Assembly (NCBI GenBank): GCA_963804165.1
Contig: CAWDPO010000023.1
Location: 192,001 to 256,000 of the forward strand
From: an uncultured delta proteobacterium
GTDB lineage: Bacteria; Desulfobacterota; Binatia; UBA9968
Length of the DNA stretch: 64,000 bases
Direction of reading: 5' to 3'
The notes under the pieces are model-generated. The model was given only the letters and a program-made list of their open reading frames with translations, did no database searches and was not told the DNA's origin. Positions 63,307 through 64,000 of this stretch are shown here, one piece after another. Position 1 is the first letter of the stretch. Each line of letters begins with the position of its first letter. The position numbers and the translations under genes are program-made.

Positions 63307-63373
63307 AGGATTGAACTGAACGACGCTTCAGTCAAATCTCATAGGATTTAGTCGTAGGAGAAATCAGTTCAAT
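63307..63373 (+). repeat. Cassette site S6 (complete hairpin)
   Basis: AGGATTGAACTGAACGACGCTTCA...GTCGTAGGAGA-AATCAGTTCAAT. Confidence 0.85.
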
Positions 63374-63378
63374 TACAG

Positions 63379-63473
63379 CCTTAGCGTTGGCGTTGAGGGA
63401 GTGCTGAGGATCCGAAGCGATAAGGGAATCCAGCGGCAGGACTGCTGCGTTCCCCTCCACCGCTTTGTTAGTT
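63379..63473 (-). repeat. Degenerate classical integron attC-like site
   Basis: Minus strand AACTAAC-AAAGC-GGTGGAGG...CCTCAAC-GCCAAC-GCTAAGG follows the R-L-L-R box layout with GTT changed to GCT. Confidence 0.5.
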
Positions 63474-63586
63474 AAGTTAGATAGTGTCATTTCACGCAAT
63501 CGAGCAGTTGAAAGCGAGCCGAGAGCCGCTTGCAACGAACCGAGCCGAGGCGCTAAACGTCGAATCAACTGAAATTGATGGAACCG

Positions 63587-64000
63587 ATGAAGTTAATTAA
63601 ACAGTTACCCGTTTGGCTGTTCGTCTCGCTGCTTCTGCTGGGAGCCGTCCCTACTTCAGCAATGGAGATGAGCGTCAGCGGCTCTCAGCTCATCCTCAGC
63701 GGTTTCATTAACGAGTTGGATTACGACAAATTCCTTTCGCACCTAACCCCAGCCATACGAACTGTCGTCTTCACCAACAGCCCGGGCGGGGTACATTTGA
63801 TCGGGTTAGCCCTTGCTCACGAGATTCGACGCCGAGGGCTGTCGACCGTTGCCTTGGGGTACTGTAACTCAGCCTGCGCCAATGCGTTCCTTGGTGGAGC
63901 GGATCGCCGGTTGGCCAATGACCGTAGCTACGTTGCGTTTCACGGCAATTACTCGTACCGGATCGGCAGACCTTTAACCGGACACTTCGGCGAGCTATCT
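63587..64000 (+). CDS. Exported ClpP/crotonase-like protein (COG3904-like), partial
   Basis: Not in the ORF track; my translation shows a signal peptide, NSPGG, CNSAC..AFLGG and AFH; open to the window end. Confidence 0.75.
   Translation, partial: MKLIKQLPVWLFVSLLLLGAVPTSAMEMSVSGSQLILSGFINELDYDKFLSHLTPAIRTVVFTNSPGGVHLIGLALAHEIRRRGLSTVALGYCNSACANAFLGGADRRLANDRSYVAFHGNYSYRIGRPLTGHFGELS

Larger units (their letters stand above)
48288..64000. mobile_element. Genomic island / accessory region (right end outside the window)
   Basis: att-like boundary followed by pseudogenes, repeats, ligD, a Ku remnant, an integrase and a transposase. Confidence 0.6.

Noticed and set aside
48671-63373. Repeated sites as a CRISPR array
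   Set aside because: Spacing is about 1.1 kb or more with whole genes in between, and there are no cas genes.

Overview
Bacterial chromosomal window, moderately GC-rich. The gene content and the many PF04392-type ABC substrate-binding protein (SBP) paralogues suggest a deltaproteobacterial lineage such as Candidatus Binatia (inference). Many single-base frameshifts suggest an error-prone long-read assembly. 0-3 kb: serine protease, nitrilase, USP. 3-17 kb: iron-acquisition region with a DtxR/MntR regulator, phnDCE-like ABC genes, cytochrome c-FTR1, a Com-like zinc ribbon, exbB-exbD-tonB-hemP, a Fiu-like TonB receptor, piuC and a PepSY-flavodoxin fusion, plus two candidate RNA leader elements. 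17-22 kb: tatD-metG-holB-tmk. 22-29 kb: two minor type IV pilin sets and pilD. 29-43 kb: surface glycan genes with wzm/wzt. At about 48.3 kb a displaced tmRNA-like 3' end with its terminator marks the edge of an island running off the right end. The island holds the main finding: recurring ~65-70 bp hairpin sites (arms GATTGAACTGAA / TTCAGTTCAATC, core GGAGA|ATT) that delimit ~1.1-1.3 kb single-gene cassettes (SBP paralogues, a diiron protein). One site is split precisely at its ATT by a 2.5 kb unit encoding a tyrosine recombinase and an IS91-like HUH protein, which carries its own hairpin site. This looks like an integron-like cassette system with an ATT rather than GTT core.
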